64,000 nucleotides of DNA from Vicinamibacterales bacterium (GTDB lineage: Bacteria > Acidobacteriota > Vicinamibacteria > Vicinamibacterales > UBA8438), in the NCBI GenBank assembly GCA_965207615.1, contig CBDBMZ010000003.1:4077855-4141854 (forward strand), in the 5' to 3' direction. The first letter of the stretch is position 1. Each line of letters starts with the position of its first letter. A program made the position numbers and the translations under genes. The notes below the pieces were generated by a model. It saw nothing but the letters and a program-made list of their open reading frames with translations. It was not told the DNA's origin and ran no database searches. Positions 37,926-47,415 of the stretch are shown one piece after another.

Positions 37926-39044
37926 CTACGGCTCGACGTGCACCTCCGCGAGGGCGATGCCGCGCTCCCCGGCGACCGTGTACAGGAGCCAGGTACGGCC
38001 GCCCTCCTCGTAGATCGCGGGGTCGCGCAACTGGTTCACGGGCACGTCGATGGCCCCGCCCCGCGAGGGCTCCACCGGCAGCCCCGCCCCCTCCCAGTCC
38101 CGCTCCGGACGCAGCACCTCCACCGACGGGGTCTCGGTCCACGTCAGCCAGTCGCCGGCGAGGTCGATGCGCGACTGCAGGATGTGCTCGGGAGCGTCGC
38201 CCCGCTGCGTATAGAACACGAGCAGCGAGTCGCCCCGCTTCAGGAGGGCCGAGTGCCGCATGTTCGGGTTGAACAGCGTCGGCCCCTCCTCGAAGCCGGT
38301 GAGGCCGTCCCGGGACCGGTAGACGACGCCGGGCATCGCCAGGGCGTACCAGAAGTCGTCGTGCCGGAAGGCGCGGAAGTACGGCCGCCCCAGGATCTCG
38401 GGCCTCGCCTCGAAGTGCAGTCCGTCGCGGGACACCGCGGCCCGGGTGACCTGCCGGCCGGCGTCCCGCCCGTGGATGTACATCACGATCTCCTGCCGCT
38501 CGTCGACGACGTGCACGTCCGGCGAGGCGATGTGCACGTAGGCGCCGGGGGGCGCGCACGGCGGGCAGGTGGTCGGGAAGTGCGAGTCGGCGAGGTCGAG
38601 GACGCCCGGCTCGTGGGTCGTCCAGGGCCCCTCCAGGGCATCCGCCCAGGCGAGCCGGATGTAGGTGCCGCGGTGATCGGCGAAGTAGAGGTAGTAGCGC
38701 CCCAGGGCGCCCTCCGCCCAGTCCGGCACCCGGATGAGGGACGGGCCGGCGATGTTGCTGCCCATCGAGGCGTCCATGTCGGGCCGGATGATGGGGCCGT
38801 CCAGGAGCCGCTCGATGCGGACGGTCTGGGCGGCGCCCGGCCCCGCCGACCCGATCAGCACCAGGAAGAGGAGCAGCAGGCGGCGACCGCTCCGCCGCCG
38901 TCGCGCCGCGCGGCGCGCGGCCGCGGCCCCGGCTCCCGCGAGAAACGGGCCAGAAGTCTGCGCCGCGGAGCGGTGCAGACTCCTGGCAGGGTTGGTTGGG
39001 CGCCCGGCGGAGCCGAAGGCGACGATGGGCGGGCCAGGATGCAT
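37926..39044 (-). CDS. secreted hypothetical protein, possibly beta-propeller glycoside-hydrolase-like; start uncertain
   Basis: Signal-like RRLLLLFLVLIGSAGPGAAQ. RYYLYFADHRGTYIRLAWADALEGPW. The only canonical in-frame start (39044) lies inside repeat-element copy 2. Confidence 0.6.
   Translation of the reverse strand: MHPGPPIVAFGSAGRPTNPARSLHRSAAQTSGPFLAGAGAAAARRAARRRRSGRRLLLLFLVLIGSAGPGAAQTVRIERLLDGPIIRPDMDASMGSNIAGPSLIRVPDWAEGALGRYYLYFADHRGTYIRLAWADALEGPWTTHEPGVLDLADSHFPTTCPPCAPPGAYVHIASPDVHVVDERQEIVMYIHGRDAGRQVTRAAVSRDGLHFEARPEILGRPYFRAFRHDDFWYALAMPGVVYRSRDGLTGFEEGPTLFNPNMRHSALLKRGDSLLVFYTQRGDAPEHILQSRIDLAGDWLTWTETPSVEVLRPERDWEGAGLPVEPSRGGAIDVPVNQLRDPAIYEEGGRTWLLYTVAGERGIALAEVHVEP
38950..39034 (+). 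repeat. hairpin-plus-tail intergenic element, copy 2
   Basis: Stem CCAGAAGTCTGC/GCAGACTCCTGG (11 of 12 pairs). The tail at 38978-39034 matches 17598-17652. Confidence 0.8.
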
Positions 39045-39048
39045 ATGT

Positions 39049-40194
39049 CTACTCCGTGAACTCCCGGGCCAGCTCGATCCACTCGCCGCGCGGGGCCAGC
39101 TCCCGGTAGGCCCGCCAGTGCGGCTTGGCCTCGGCCGGGCGGCCCGTCTTCTCGAGGGTCACGGCCAGATAGAAGTGGGCGTCGGGATAGGTGGGGTCGA
39201 TCTCGAGGGCGCGACGGTAGTGCCGCACGGAGTCGCCGTGGCGGCCGAGGTCGTGATGGATGTTCCCGAGGTTGAACCGGGCCTCGAAGCACTCGGGGTC
39301 CAGGTGCATGGCCCGTTCGTACAGCGCCTGGGCCTCCACCAGCTCGTCGCCGGCGTAGTGGACGTTGGCGAGGTTGATGAGGGCGGGCACCAGGTTGGGA
39401 TCCAGCATCAAGGCCTTGCGATAGGCGATGCCGGCCATGATCCGGTCGCGCTCGTTGCCCTCGTCGAGGGCCGCCCCCTCCTGAAAACAGGAGATCGCCA
39501 GCGAAGCCTCGACCGACGACGGCGGCTCGCCCCCGGCGTCCCCAGGCGCCCCGCCGTCCATCGCCAACTGGCGCCGGGCGGGCAGGGCCACGATGGTGGC
39601 CGGGCGCGCCTGCCCGCGGTCGCCGAAGTCGAGGGTCAACTGACCGTGGCGCGCCGCCTCGAGCTCCCGCAGCACCGCGCGGAACGGCGCGCCCCGCTCG
39701 AGGCCGTCGCTGACGCCGCGAACCGTCCGCAGGCCCTGGAATCCGTAGTAGCGGTCGACGTCGGTGCGGGCGGCGGGGCGGACCAGCGACCGCTTCTCTA
39801 GACAGCGGATGTGATCTTCGCGGATGCGCGGGTAGCGGCGGCGGATACGACGCAGGCTGTAGTAGCGGCGGTCGAGGGCCTCCACCGTCGGCAGGCCGCC
39901 GAGCCGGCAGAACTCGTCCTCGGCGACGATCCGCACGCGCCCGGGAGTCGCCGCGTTGACCTCCTCCGCCTTCCGCAGCTTCGGGCTGCGTGCCTCGGAT
40001 CGCCCGCCGGGTCCCCGAGGCCCCGTCGAGCCGCCGCCCACCACCAGCATCGTCGTCCGGGCCGTCACCTCGTCGTCGGCGACCCCGCCCATCCGCTCGA
40101 CGAGCTGCCGGGCGGCCCGGTGATGCACGGAGGCCAGTCTCCCCGCGAAGACCACGACCTGATCGCGAAACGGAGAATCGGCTGGGTAGGGCAC
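39049..40194 (-). CDS. BRCT domain - MerR-like HTH region - TPR repeat protein
   Basis: BRCT-like VVVFAGRLASVHHRAARQLVERMGGVADDEVTARTTMLVVG...RIVAEDEF. C-terminal TPRs (AYRKALMLDPNLVPALINLANVHY...ALEIDPTYPDAHFYLA). GTG start at 40194. Confidence 0.7.
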   Translation of the reverse strand: MPYPADSPFRDQVVVFAGRLASVHHRAARQLVERMGGVADDEVTARTTMLVVGGGSTGPRGPGGRSEARSPKLRKAEEVNAATPGRVRIVAEDEFCRLGGLPTVEALDRRYYSLRRIRRRYPRIREDHIRCLEKRSLVRPAARTDVDRYYGFQGLRTVRGVSDGLERGAPFRAVLRELEAARHGQLTLDFGDRGQARPATIVALPARRQLAMDGGAPGDAGGEPPSSVEASLAISCFQEGAALDEGNERDRIMAGIAYRKALMLDPNLVPALINLANVHYAGDELVEAQALYERAMHLDPECFEARFNLGNIHHDLGRHGDSVRHYRRALEIDPTYPDAHFYLAVTLEKTGRPAEAKPHWRAYRELAPRGEWIELAREFTE

Positions 40195-40305
40195 TATGCC
40201 ACCGCCTGCAAGATGAATGAGAATAGTCCCGAAGTCAAGCCGCCGGGAACGCGCGCCGCGACCGGCGCGCGACGGCCGGAACGACGACCGGGACACGCGC
40301 CGCTG

Positions 40306-41295
40306 ATGACGCGCCGAACCATTCTCGCGGGTGACGTCGGGGGCACAAAGACCTGGCTGGGGCTGTTCGACGCGGGCGCCCCGCGCCCCGAACCGCTCGA
40401 GACGGCCCGCTACGCGACCCTCGAGTTCGACGGGCTGGCGGGCGTCGTGGCCCGCTTTCTCGACGACGCGGGGGCCCGCGAGGCCCCGGAGGCGGCCTGC
40501 TTCGGGGTGGCGGGACCGGTGCGGGACGGGGTCTCGCAGCTCACCAACGTCCCCTGGACGGCCGATGCCCGCGAGATCCGCGAGCGCTTCGGGATGGCGT
40601 CGGTCCACCTCCTCAACGACCTCGAAGCGACGGGCTGGGCGGTGCCGCGGCTCGCCGCGCACGAGCTGGCCGTCGTTCACGCCGGGGTCCCGGCCGCGGG
40701 CGGCAACGCGGCCCTCATCGCCCCCGGCACGGGGCTCGGCGAGGCCGGCCTGCACCGGGTCGGCGCCCGCCTGATCCCCATGCCCTCGGAGGGAGGACAC
40801 GCCGACTTCGCAGCCCGTACGCCGCGCGAGCTCGAGTTCGCGGCGGCGTTCGCGGCCGAGCGGGGACGCGTATCGCTCGAGGACGTGGTCTCGGGACCGG
40901 GACTGGTCAACCTGCACGCGTTCACCCACCGCGGGGCCGCCTGCACCGGCGACGCGTTGCCCGACCGGCCCGGGGACCGGCCCGCCGCAGTCACCGCCGG
41001 CGCCCTCGCCGGGGCCTGCGCGGCCTGCACGGAGGCCCTGCGCCTGTTCGTGTCCGCGCTCGGGGCGGCGGCCGGGAACCTCGCCCTCCGGACCGTGGCC
41101 ACCGCCGGCGTCTACATCGCGGGGGGCATCGTGCCCAACCTGCTGCCCGCGGTGCGGACCGGCGACTTCGTCGACGCCTTCGTGGACAAGCCGCCAATGC
41201 GGGCGCTCCTCGAGCAGGTGCCGGTGCAGGTGATCCTCGAGCCCCACCCGGCCCTGCTGGGGGCCGCCGTCGCCGCCCACGAGCTCTCGGCCTGA
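40306..41295 (+). CDS. glk: glucokinase
   Basis: LAGDVGGTKT ATP motif and overall Glk-family pattern (LNDLEA...GTGLG...EGGH...GGI). Confidence 0.85.
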   Translation: MTRRTILAGDVGGTKTWLGLFDAGAPRPEPLETARYATLEFDGLAGVVARFLDDAGAREAPEAACFGVAGPVRDGVSQLTNVPWTADAREIRERFGMASVHLLNDLEATGWAVPRLAAHELAVVHAGVPAAGGNAALIAPGTGLGEAGLHRVGARLIPMPSEGGHADFAARTPRELEFAAAFAAERGRVSLEDVVSGPGLVNLHAFTHRGAACTGDALPDRPGDRPAAVTAGALAGACAACTEALRLFVSALGAAAGNLALRTVATAGVYIAGGIVPNLLPAVRTGDFVDAFVDKPPMRALLEQVPVQVILEPHPALLGAAVAAHELSA

Positions 41296-41297
41296 TC

Positions 41298-43136
41298 ATG
41301 CCGGCAACCGGAAAGGACGGTACTCACGTGCGCAAGCTCCTGTTCGCGGCGGGCCTCTCGGCCGCGCTGTCGGCGCCGCCGGCGCTCGCCCAGCCCCCCG
41401 AGCCGATCGCCTACACGCTGCGGTTCCCCGCGCCGCACACCCACTACGTCACCGTCGACGCCCGGGTACCGACCGGCGGCCGGCCCGAGGTCGAGCTGAT
41501 GATGGCGGTGTGGACGCCGGGGTCCTACCTGGTCCGCGAGTACGCCCGGCACGTCGAGGCCGTCACCGCGCGCACCCCGGGCGGCGACCCCTTGCCGGTG
41601 GAGAAGTCGCGAAAGAACCGCTGGAGGGCGGCCACCGGGGGCGCGGACGCCATCGTGGTCTCCTACCAGGTCTACGGCCGCGAGATGTCGGTGCGCACGA
41701 ACTGGATCGAGGCCGACTTCGCGATGCTGAACGGCGCCCCCACGTTCCTCACCCTGGCCGACGACGACGGCCCCCGGCCCCACGACGTCGTCCTCGAGCT
41801 CCCGCCCGGCTGGGAAGCAACCGCCACGGGGCTCGCCCCGCGCCCCGGGGGCGCCCCCCACGCCTGGCGCGCCCCCGACTTCGACGCCCTCGTCGACTCG
41901 CCGATCGTGGCCGGCAACCCCACCGTCCATCGGTTCACGGTGGCCGGGGTGCCCCACGAGCTCGTCAACGTCGGCGAGTCGGGGGTCTGGGACGGCCCGC
42001 GGTCGGCGGAGGACACCGAGCGCATCACCCGCGAGCTGCACCGCATGTGGGGGCTGATGCCCTACGAGCGCTATGCGTTCCTGAACATGATCACCGAGGC
42101 CGGCGGCGGCCTGGAGCACGGCAACTCGACGCTGCTCATGACCAGCCGCTGGACGACCTCGTCGCGCCCCCAGTACCTGCGCTGGCTCGGCCTCGTCAGC
42201 CACGAGCTGTTCCACGCCTGGAACGGGAAACGCCTGCGGCCCGTCGAGCTCGGGCCGTTCGACTACGAGGCCGAGGTCCACACCGAGAGCCTGTGGGTGG
42301 TCGAGGGGCTGACCGTCTACTACGCGGACCTCGCGGTGCACCGGGCGGGGCTCTCGACCGAGGCGGAGTACCTGGCCTCGCTCTCGAGTCAGATCCGCGG
42401 GCTGCAGACCACGCCGGGACGGGAGGTGCAACCCGTCTCGCTGGCCTCCTACGACGCGTGGATCAAGTTCTACCGCGCCGACGAGAACTCTCGGAACACC
42501 TCGGTCAGCTACTACACCAAGGGGGCGGTGGTCGGCTTCCTGCTCGACATGCGCATTCGGGCCGCCACCGGCGGAAAGAAGAGCCTCGACGACGTCCTCC
42601 GCCGCGCCTACGCCCGCTACTCCGGCACCCGGGGGTTCATGCCCAACGAGTTCAGGGCCACGGCGGAGGCGGTGGCCGGCGAGCCCCTGTCGGGCTGGTT
42701 CGCCCACGCCCTCGACTCGACGGCCGAGCTCGACTACTCGGAGGCCCTGGACTGGCTGGGACTGACCTTCGGCGACGACCCGCGGCAGGACGAGGCCGAG
42801 AACGGCTGGATCGGCGTCGTCACCCGCGCCGCCGACGGCCGCCTTCTCGTGGCCCAGGTGCCCCGGGACACGCCGGCCCACGCGGCCGGCTTCAACGTCG
42901 GCGACGAGATTATCGCCATCGGCAGCCACCGGGTGCTGCCGTCCGAATGGAGCACCCGGGTCGCCCGGGCGGGGACGGGAGCCCGCCTCGACGTCCTGGT
43001 GGCGCGGCGGGGAGCGCTGCGCCGCATTGCCGTGGAAACGGCGGCGGCGCCGCGCCGCGGCTGGGAGCTGCGGCCGGTCGAGGAGCCGACGCCCGCGCAG
43101 AAGCGGAACCGCGAGGCCTGGCTGTCCGGTGGCTAG
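41298..43136 (+). CDS. M61-family glycyl aminopeptidase with C-terminal PDZ
   Basis: HELFHAWN zinc motif and PDZ (GFNVGDEIIAIG). The start may be the internal GTG at 41328. Confidence 0.85.
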   Translation: MPATGKDGTHVRKLLFAAGLSAALSAPPALAQPPEPIAYTLRFPAPHTHYVTVDARVPTGGRPEVELMMAVWTPGSYLVREYARHVEAVTARTPGGDPLPVEKSRKNRWRAATGGADAIVVSYQVYGREMSVRTNWIEADFAMLNGAPTFLTLADDDGPRPHDVVLELPPGWEATATGLAPRPGGAPHAWRAPDFDALVDSPIVAGNPTVHRFTVAGVPHELVNVGESGVWDGPRSAEDTERITRELHRMWGLMPYERYAFLNMITEAGGGLEHGNSTLLMTSRWTTSSRPQYLRWLGLVSHELFHAWNGKRLRPVELGPFDYEAEVHTESLWVVEGLTVYYADLAVHRAGLSTEAEYLASLSSQIRGLQTTPGREVQPVSLASYDAWIKFYRADENSRNTSVSYYTKGAVVGFLLDMRIRAATGGKKSLDDVLRRAYARYSGTRGFMPNEFRATAEAVAGEPLSGWFAHALDSTAELDYSEALDWLGLTFGDDPRQDEAENGWIGVVTRAADGRLLVAQVPRDTPAHAAGFNVGDEIIAIGSHRVLPSEWSTRVARAGTGARLDVLVARRGALRRIAVETAAAPRRGWELRPVEEPTPAQKRNREAWLSGG

Positions 43137-43591
43137 AACCCGCCCCGGCCACGGGACCGACAGCCGTCAGTCCGCATTGCCTTTAGCTCCAAGCCATCCC
43201 CTCCGGCCCTGGATTCGGCGATGCGGCCACCGTGCTCGCGACCCACTACGCCGGCGTGCCCGTGCGCGCCGGTTGGCAGGTGTCCCGCCCCTACGCAGCT
43301 TCAGAAGCGTGCTCGGTTCACAGGCCGCCACGAGTCATGTACGAACGCCCCGACCCTTCGGGTCGGGCTGCCGGATGGGCACTGAAGTACCCGGCCGATG
43401 CTTGCCCGCGCAGGTCCACCGACCCGGGGCGAGTACCGACCGCCGGCCCGGCATCGTCCCGGCGGCCACGGCAACTCGTGGCGAAACCTGACGCCAGTCA
43501 CACCAACCTCAGCGCGGCTCCGAAACTCGATGTTCCCCATTTCACTCTCGGTCCGTCCCACCCTGCAAAACGAATACTCAGACCAAACAAC

Positions 43592-45049
43592 CTACGGAAC
43601 ATCCCCGTTCGCCGAGTCTCTGAGCCCAATGAGTGCTGCGCCGATGCCTTGAAGTCGCCGCAGCTTCTCCCTGTCACTCGAAATAGCTCGGTGTCGCAGC
43701 ACCAAGGCGCAGACACCCGCGAGCAAAAGGGAGTAGAACGAACCCCGAGACGCATATTCTAAACTAAAATTCACCACGGCCAGAACAATAGAAATGATGA
43801 CGCCAATACCTGCCAAGAAGCCCCAGATTGCAAGCCATACAAGAAAGCCCATGGAGTCAGACAAGCTCCGCTCGCATTCGCCGATTCTTCTCTCCACTTC
43901 GGCATATGCACGTTTACAAACGTCCTCAACCATGAGCCCCGATGCCCCGCACGATACCGAGGCCTGCCGGTAACCGAAGTATGTGCCACGCTCTGCGGCG
44001 ACCTGTGCCTCGTCGAAGGAATTCTTCGCCCCCTCCGAGTAAGCCGTCACCACCAAAACGTCTTTCCCAGTGTATTCCCCCATATCCGTCAAACTCCCCA
44101 CCATTCCATTTAATCGTTCTTGCGCCGCTACCAAGGCTCCTTCAGCCGCCGCTCTCTGCTCCTGGAGAAGGGTTTGCAAAAGACCGTCCACCTCGCGCTT
44201 GAGATCACCGTTCTCGCGTTTGAAGTCATCTTCGGCAGCCGCCTTGATCGAATATTCAGGATCGAGCTCGATTGCTCGGCGCAGAGGCGGCAAGGCGTCC
44301 TCAGGATTGTCGACGTGCATCTGAATCTTGGCCAATTGAAAATGCGCCTCCGCTAACTGAGGGTTCAACGCGACAGCTCGACTTGTGTACTGAACTGCTT
44401 CAGTCATCATCCCCTCGCAATACGCGGCCCAGCCCGCAGACAATAAGGCCCGCCCAGCTTCTCTTGGCTGATCGTAACCGGCATACTCTGCCGCGTCTAT
44501 GAATGCTCTCTTGGCTCTCGCCAAATCCACTATGTCACTTGCGTTGTTCTTGAAGCTGCCCAGTCGAATTACCCCCAGCAGAAAGTGGAAGCGGTACTCG
44601 AGCCTGTAGCCAGTATTGCCGGCGTAGCCGTCGATGGCGTTGTCAAGGTGCTTCAGAGAATCAGAATAGTGGCCTCGCCGAAATGCGTCGCGGGCAATCT
44701 CGAACTGCTCGTAAGCCCATGTTTGAGCTGGCGTCTTCGCAATCTTCACAAGTTCCTCGATGGAATCTCGCATCGAACCGACCATCGTCAGCATCTCACT
44801 GAAGCCCCAGATGAATGTCGCATTCAGTTCGGAAATGCCGTCGCTGATCTTCTGCAGATCGAAGGATAGCCGCTCGAATCCCCTAGACATCTCTGTTGAC
44901 AGGTTCTCGGACACAGAGATGTGCCGCTCTTGCAGCTCCTCATTGGAGGCAATAATTGACCTCGTTTGCTCTGCAATTATGGCGTCGAAGTCCTTTGTCT
45001 GCAAGTAGTCGCCATAAGGGCGTCTGGACGAGTGGACGTAGTTACTCAT
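43592..45049 (-). CDS. orphan TPR-containing protein with two C-terminal transmembrane helices (low-GC island)
   Basis: AGGGAG RBS 6 nt before ATG (MSNYVHSS). TPR-like RAVALNPQLAEAHFQLAKI...RRAIELDPEY. TM helices MGFLVWLAIWGFLAGIGVIISIVLAVV and FYSLLLAGVCALVL. Visibly AT-richer than the flanks. Confidence 0.75.
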   Translation of the reverse strand: MSNYVHSSRRPYGDYLQTKDFDAIIAEQTRSIIASNEELQERHISVSENLSTEMSRGFERLSFDLQKISDGISELNATFIWGFSEMLTMVGSMRDSIEELVKIAKTPAQTWAYEQFEIARDAFRRGHYSDSLKHLDNAIDGYAGNTGYRLEYRFHFLLGVIRLGSFKNNASDIVDLARAKRAFIDAAEYAGYDQPREAGRALLSAGWAAYCEGMMTEAVQYTSRAVALNPQLAEAHFQLAKIQMHVDNPEDALPPLRRAIELDPEYSIKAAAEDDFKRENGDLKREVDGLLQTLLQEQRAAAEGALVAAQERLNGMVGSLTDMGEYTGKDVLVVTAYSEGAKNSFDEAQVAAERGTYFGYRQASVSCGASGLMVEDVCKRAYAEVERRIGECERSLSDSMGFLVWLAIWGFLAGIGVIISIVLAVVNFSLEYASRGSFYSLLLAGVCALVLRHRAISSDREKLRRLQGIGAALIGLRDSANGDVP

Positions 45050-45589
45050 GGAATGCTCCCTCACCGATGAGGCGTGCCGTTCGTTGTTGAACTTCGCGAG
45101 TATCGGACTCCCCTGCTTCGGCTCCGAAGTGGTCTATTCCTACGCCATGTCGCCAACTGCGCCGTCGGGCGGGACCAGCGCGTCCACGGGCCCGACCAGG
45201 TATCGCAGGTCACGGTAGCTCCGTACTGTTTGCCGTCCCGCTGTCGTCTTCTACGTAATATGCCCTTTGCAGGGCCGCCGATTTCAACGGCGTGGAGGGC
45301 CTGGCCAACCGGCACCTGGTGTGCTGTCAACGAAGAAACTGGCATAAGTCATGACGCCAGATGTTTCCGCTCTCACTGCGGAGAACGGCCCCGGACATAT
45401 GCCACGAACCATTGGGACAGGACACTAGGCCCAGCGAGGCTCCGCCTCAGACCGACGAGGCATGTAGGTCTCGTCCTCTGCTGACGGTGGAAGCGGACTG
45501 CGACCGCTGCTCCAGTCGCGGCGCGCAGCCGCCTTCATGGTCGCCCGGAGGCGATGGTGGCACTAAACTGGCCGGTGAGGAGCCCATCG

Positions 45590-46188
45590 ACCGGAGTCCG
45601 ACCATGAAGGTAGCACGTTCCGTCGCCGAGGGCGCCGGCTGAGGAACCTCGATGATCTGAAGAAGATCGGCTTCGCTGCCAACCGACGCCTGCTCGGCGT
45701 CCTACGCCTCAGTCACGACTGCACCCTCGGAGCCGACGCGCTCGACGATCTGCACCGTCCGGCGTGCATCGACGGCCAACGCGCCTCGGCGCTCCGCTTC
45801 GGCGACCGTCGGGTGCAGAGCCTCTTCGCCGCCCTGCCGCGCTTCGACTTGTTGCCGCAGGGTTTCCGCAACCGAGACCTGCGCGAACCGGTGGCGGCGC
45901 TCTGCGGGCTCTCGCCCGACGACTACGGCGCGGGCCGCATGACCTACGACCTACGACCTGCGCCGGCTGCGGGGCATAATCGACGGATTCCCGGCACCCA
46001 GCGACAATCGGCTCACCGCCCATAGGCTTTGCGTCGCCCTGGCCTATCGCCGCACGCAGGCGCGGGTCCTGGGTCCGGTCTTGTCGGCCACCCTCGACGG
46101 GGAATCGAACACGCGTCTGCGCGAAGCCGTGGCCGTCTACGACCTGGAGGTCGACCGCGCTTGGCACGGACACGCGCTTGCCGCGTAA
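45590..46188 (+). pseudogene. 5'-truncated, frameshifted remnant of a hypothetical gene (MTYDLRRLR... family)
   Basis: ...FRNRDLREPVAALCGLSPDDYGAGRMTYDL is followed by a 7-nt tandem duplication (GACCTAC x2, 45941-45954). After the duplication the reading RRLRGIIDGFP...AVYDLEVDRAWHGHALAA continues in another frame. Confidence 0.55.
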
Positions 46189-46488
46189 TCCGTTGGAGCC
46201 GCCTGATTGGGTGCTGACCCGAAACTTGACCTTCCGCTGGAAGTATGCCAACCCCGCGCGACGCATCACCCATGGGGGAACTTCCTTCAAGGACATCCAC
46301 CAGTGAGAGTATAGCGACCATGCCAAATGGGACACGCGAGCTATTTGGAACACACAAGCCCCGGCCCATGCGGTTGTCAAGCGCTTTTCTTCGGAATCCG
46401 GATTCTCCCGATCAGAGGGCCGGACGACCCGCTCGGTAGAGCCCGACAGAGTACTGGCCTCGGTCGGGTCGGCTTCGCGGCGGACCGC

Positions 46489-47256
46489 TCAGCACACGGT
46501 GCCGAACGAGAAGCCCGCCTCGCGCAGCATCGGCACGAGGCCGGCGGTGGCCTCGACGGCGTAGCGGCGGTCCGGACGCGGGTCCTCGTGGTGACCGTCG
46601 TGCATGACGATGATGTCGCCGTCGGAGACCCTGCCCGCGAAACGGCGCACCAGCCGCTCCGGATCCCGGGTCCGGAACCAGTCCCAGTCCCACAGGAACC
46701 AGCCCCAGCCGATCAGGGTGTGATCGATGCGCCTCAGCCCCTCGTACATGAACCCGCTGCGCCATCCGCCGTGGGGCCGGAACGCCGGGCACGGCCGGTG
46801 GCCGGCGAGCCGCTCGATGCGGTCGGCGGCAGCGAGCAAGGTGCGTCCGAGCTCGTCCGGCGATAGCAGCATCAGCCGGCGCGTGTGAGAGTGCAGGGCC
46901 ACCGCGTGCCCCTCCCGGAACATCCGCTCGACGATGGGCGCGGTCTCGGCCGTGAGATGGCGGTCGAGCACGAAGAAGGTGGCGACCGCCCCCTCGCGGG
47001 CGAGCACGTCGAGCAGGTCGGGGGTCGCGGTCGGGTTCGGGCCGTCGTCGTAGGTGAGGTAGATTGTGGGGGTGCCGGCGGCCGGCATGCTCCAGCGGGA
47101 GGGCGCCGGGGTCAGCGCATCCAGGACGAAGGGAAAGGGAGCGATATGGGACAGCAGGAACACGCCCGCGCCGGCGGTGACGAGAAGCAGGAACATCGGC
47201 CGCAACCCTCGACGAGTCCGGGCCGTTCCACGGCGCGGACTCCCAGCCCTGGTCAT
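46489..47256 (-). CDS. polysaccharide deacetylase (NodB homology domain)
   Basis: TYDDGP motif, HSHTR, N-terminal membrane anchor, MHDG. Confidence 0.85.
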   Translation of the reverse strand: MTRAGSPRRGTARTRRGLRPMFLLLVTAGAGVFLLSHIAPFPFVLDALTPAPSRWSMPAAGTPTIYLTYDDGPNPTATPDLLDVLAREGAVATFFVLDRHLTAETAPIVERMFREGHAVALHSHTRRLMLLSPDELGRTLLAAADRIERLAGHRPCPAFRPHGGWRSGFMYEGLRRIDHTLIGWGWFLWDWDWFRTRDPERLVRRFAGRVSDGDIIVMHDGHHEDPRPDRRYAVEATAGLVPMLREAGFSFGTVC

Positions 47257-47415
47257 GGTCGGCGCCCGAGGCGCGGCGGGGCCGGAGCCGCGGCCGCGAC
47301 GGCCCTGTCCCTGGCCCTGGTCGCCTGCACGGCGCCGGCCGACACCGTGGTCGACGCCGCGTCAGCCGCCGCGGGCACGCCGGCCCAGCCCCCTTCCGAC
47401 CGGGAGAGCGACCGC

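Noticed and set aside
43349-43367. Hairpin CCCGACC-cttcg-GGTCGGG as the M61 peptidase terminator or island boundary (att) site.
   Set aside because: It lies about 210 nt past the peptidase stop, lacks a T tract, and has no matching copy at the other island border.
45061-45345. 94-aa ORF immediately upstream of the island TPR-TM gene as a partner (two-gene system).
   Set aside because: The translation degenerates into an Arg/Ser/Thr-rich tail. There is no RBS and no motif. Alternative frames are equally open over short stretches, so this is probably decayed or non-coding sequence.
46200-46488. Transposase, integrase or IS end at the right edge of the low-GC island.
   Set aside because: No frame gives a recognisable DDE, tyrosine or serine recombinase motif, and I found no terminal inverted repeats. 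Only short open frames are present.
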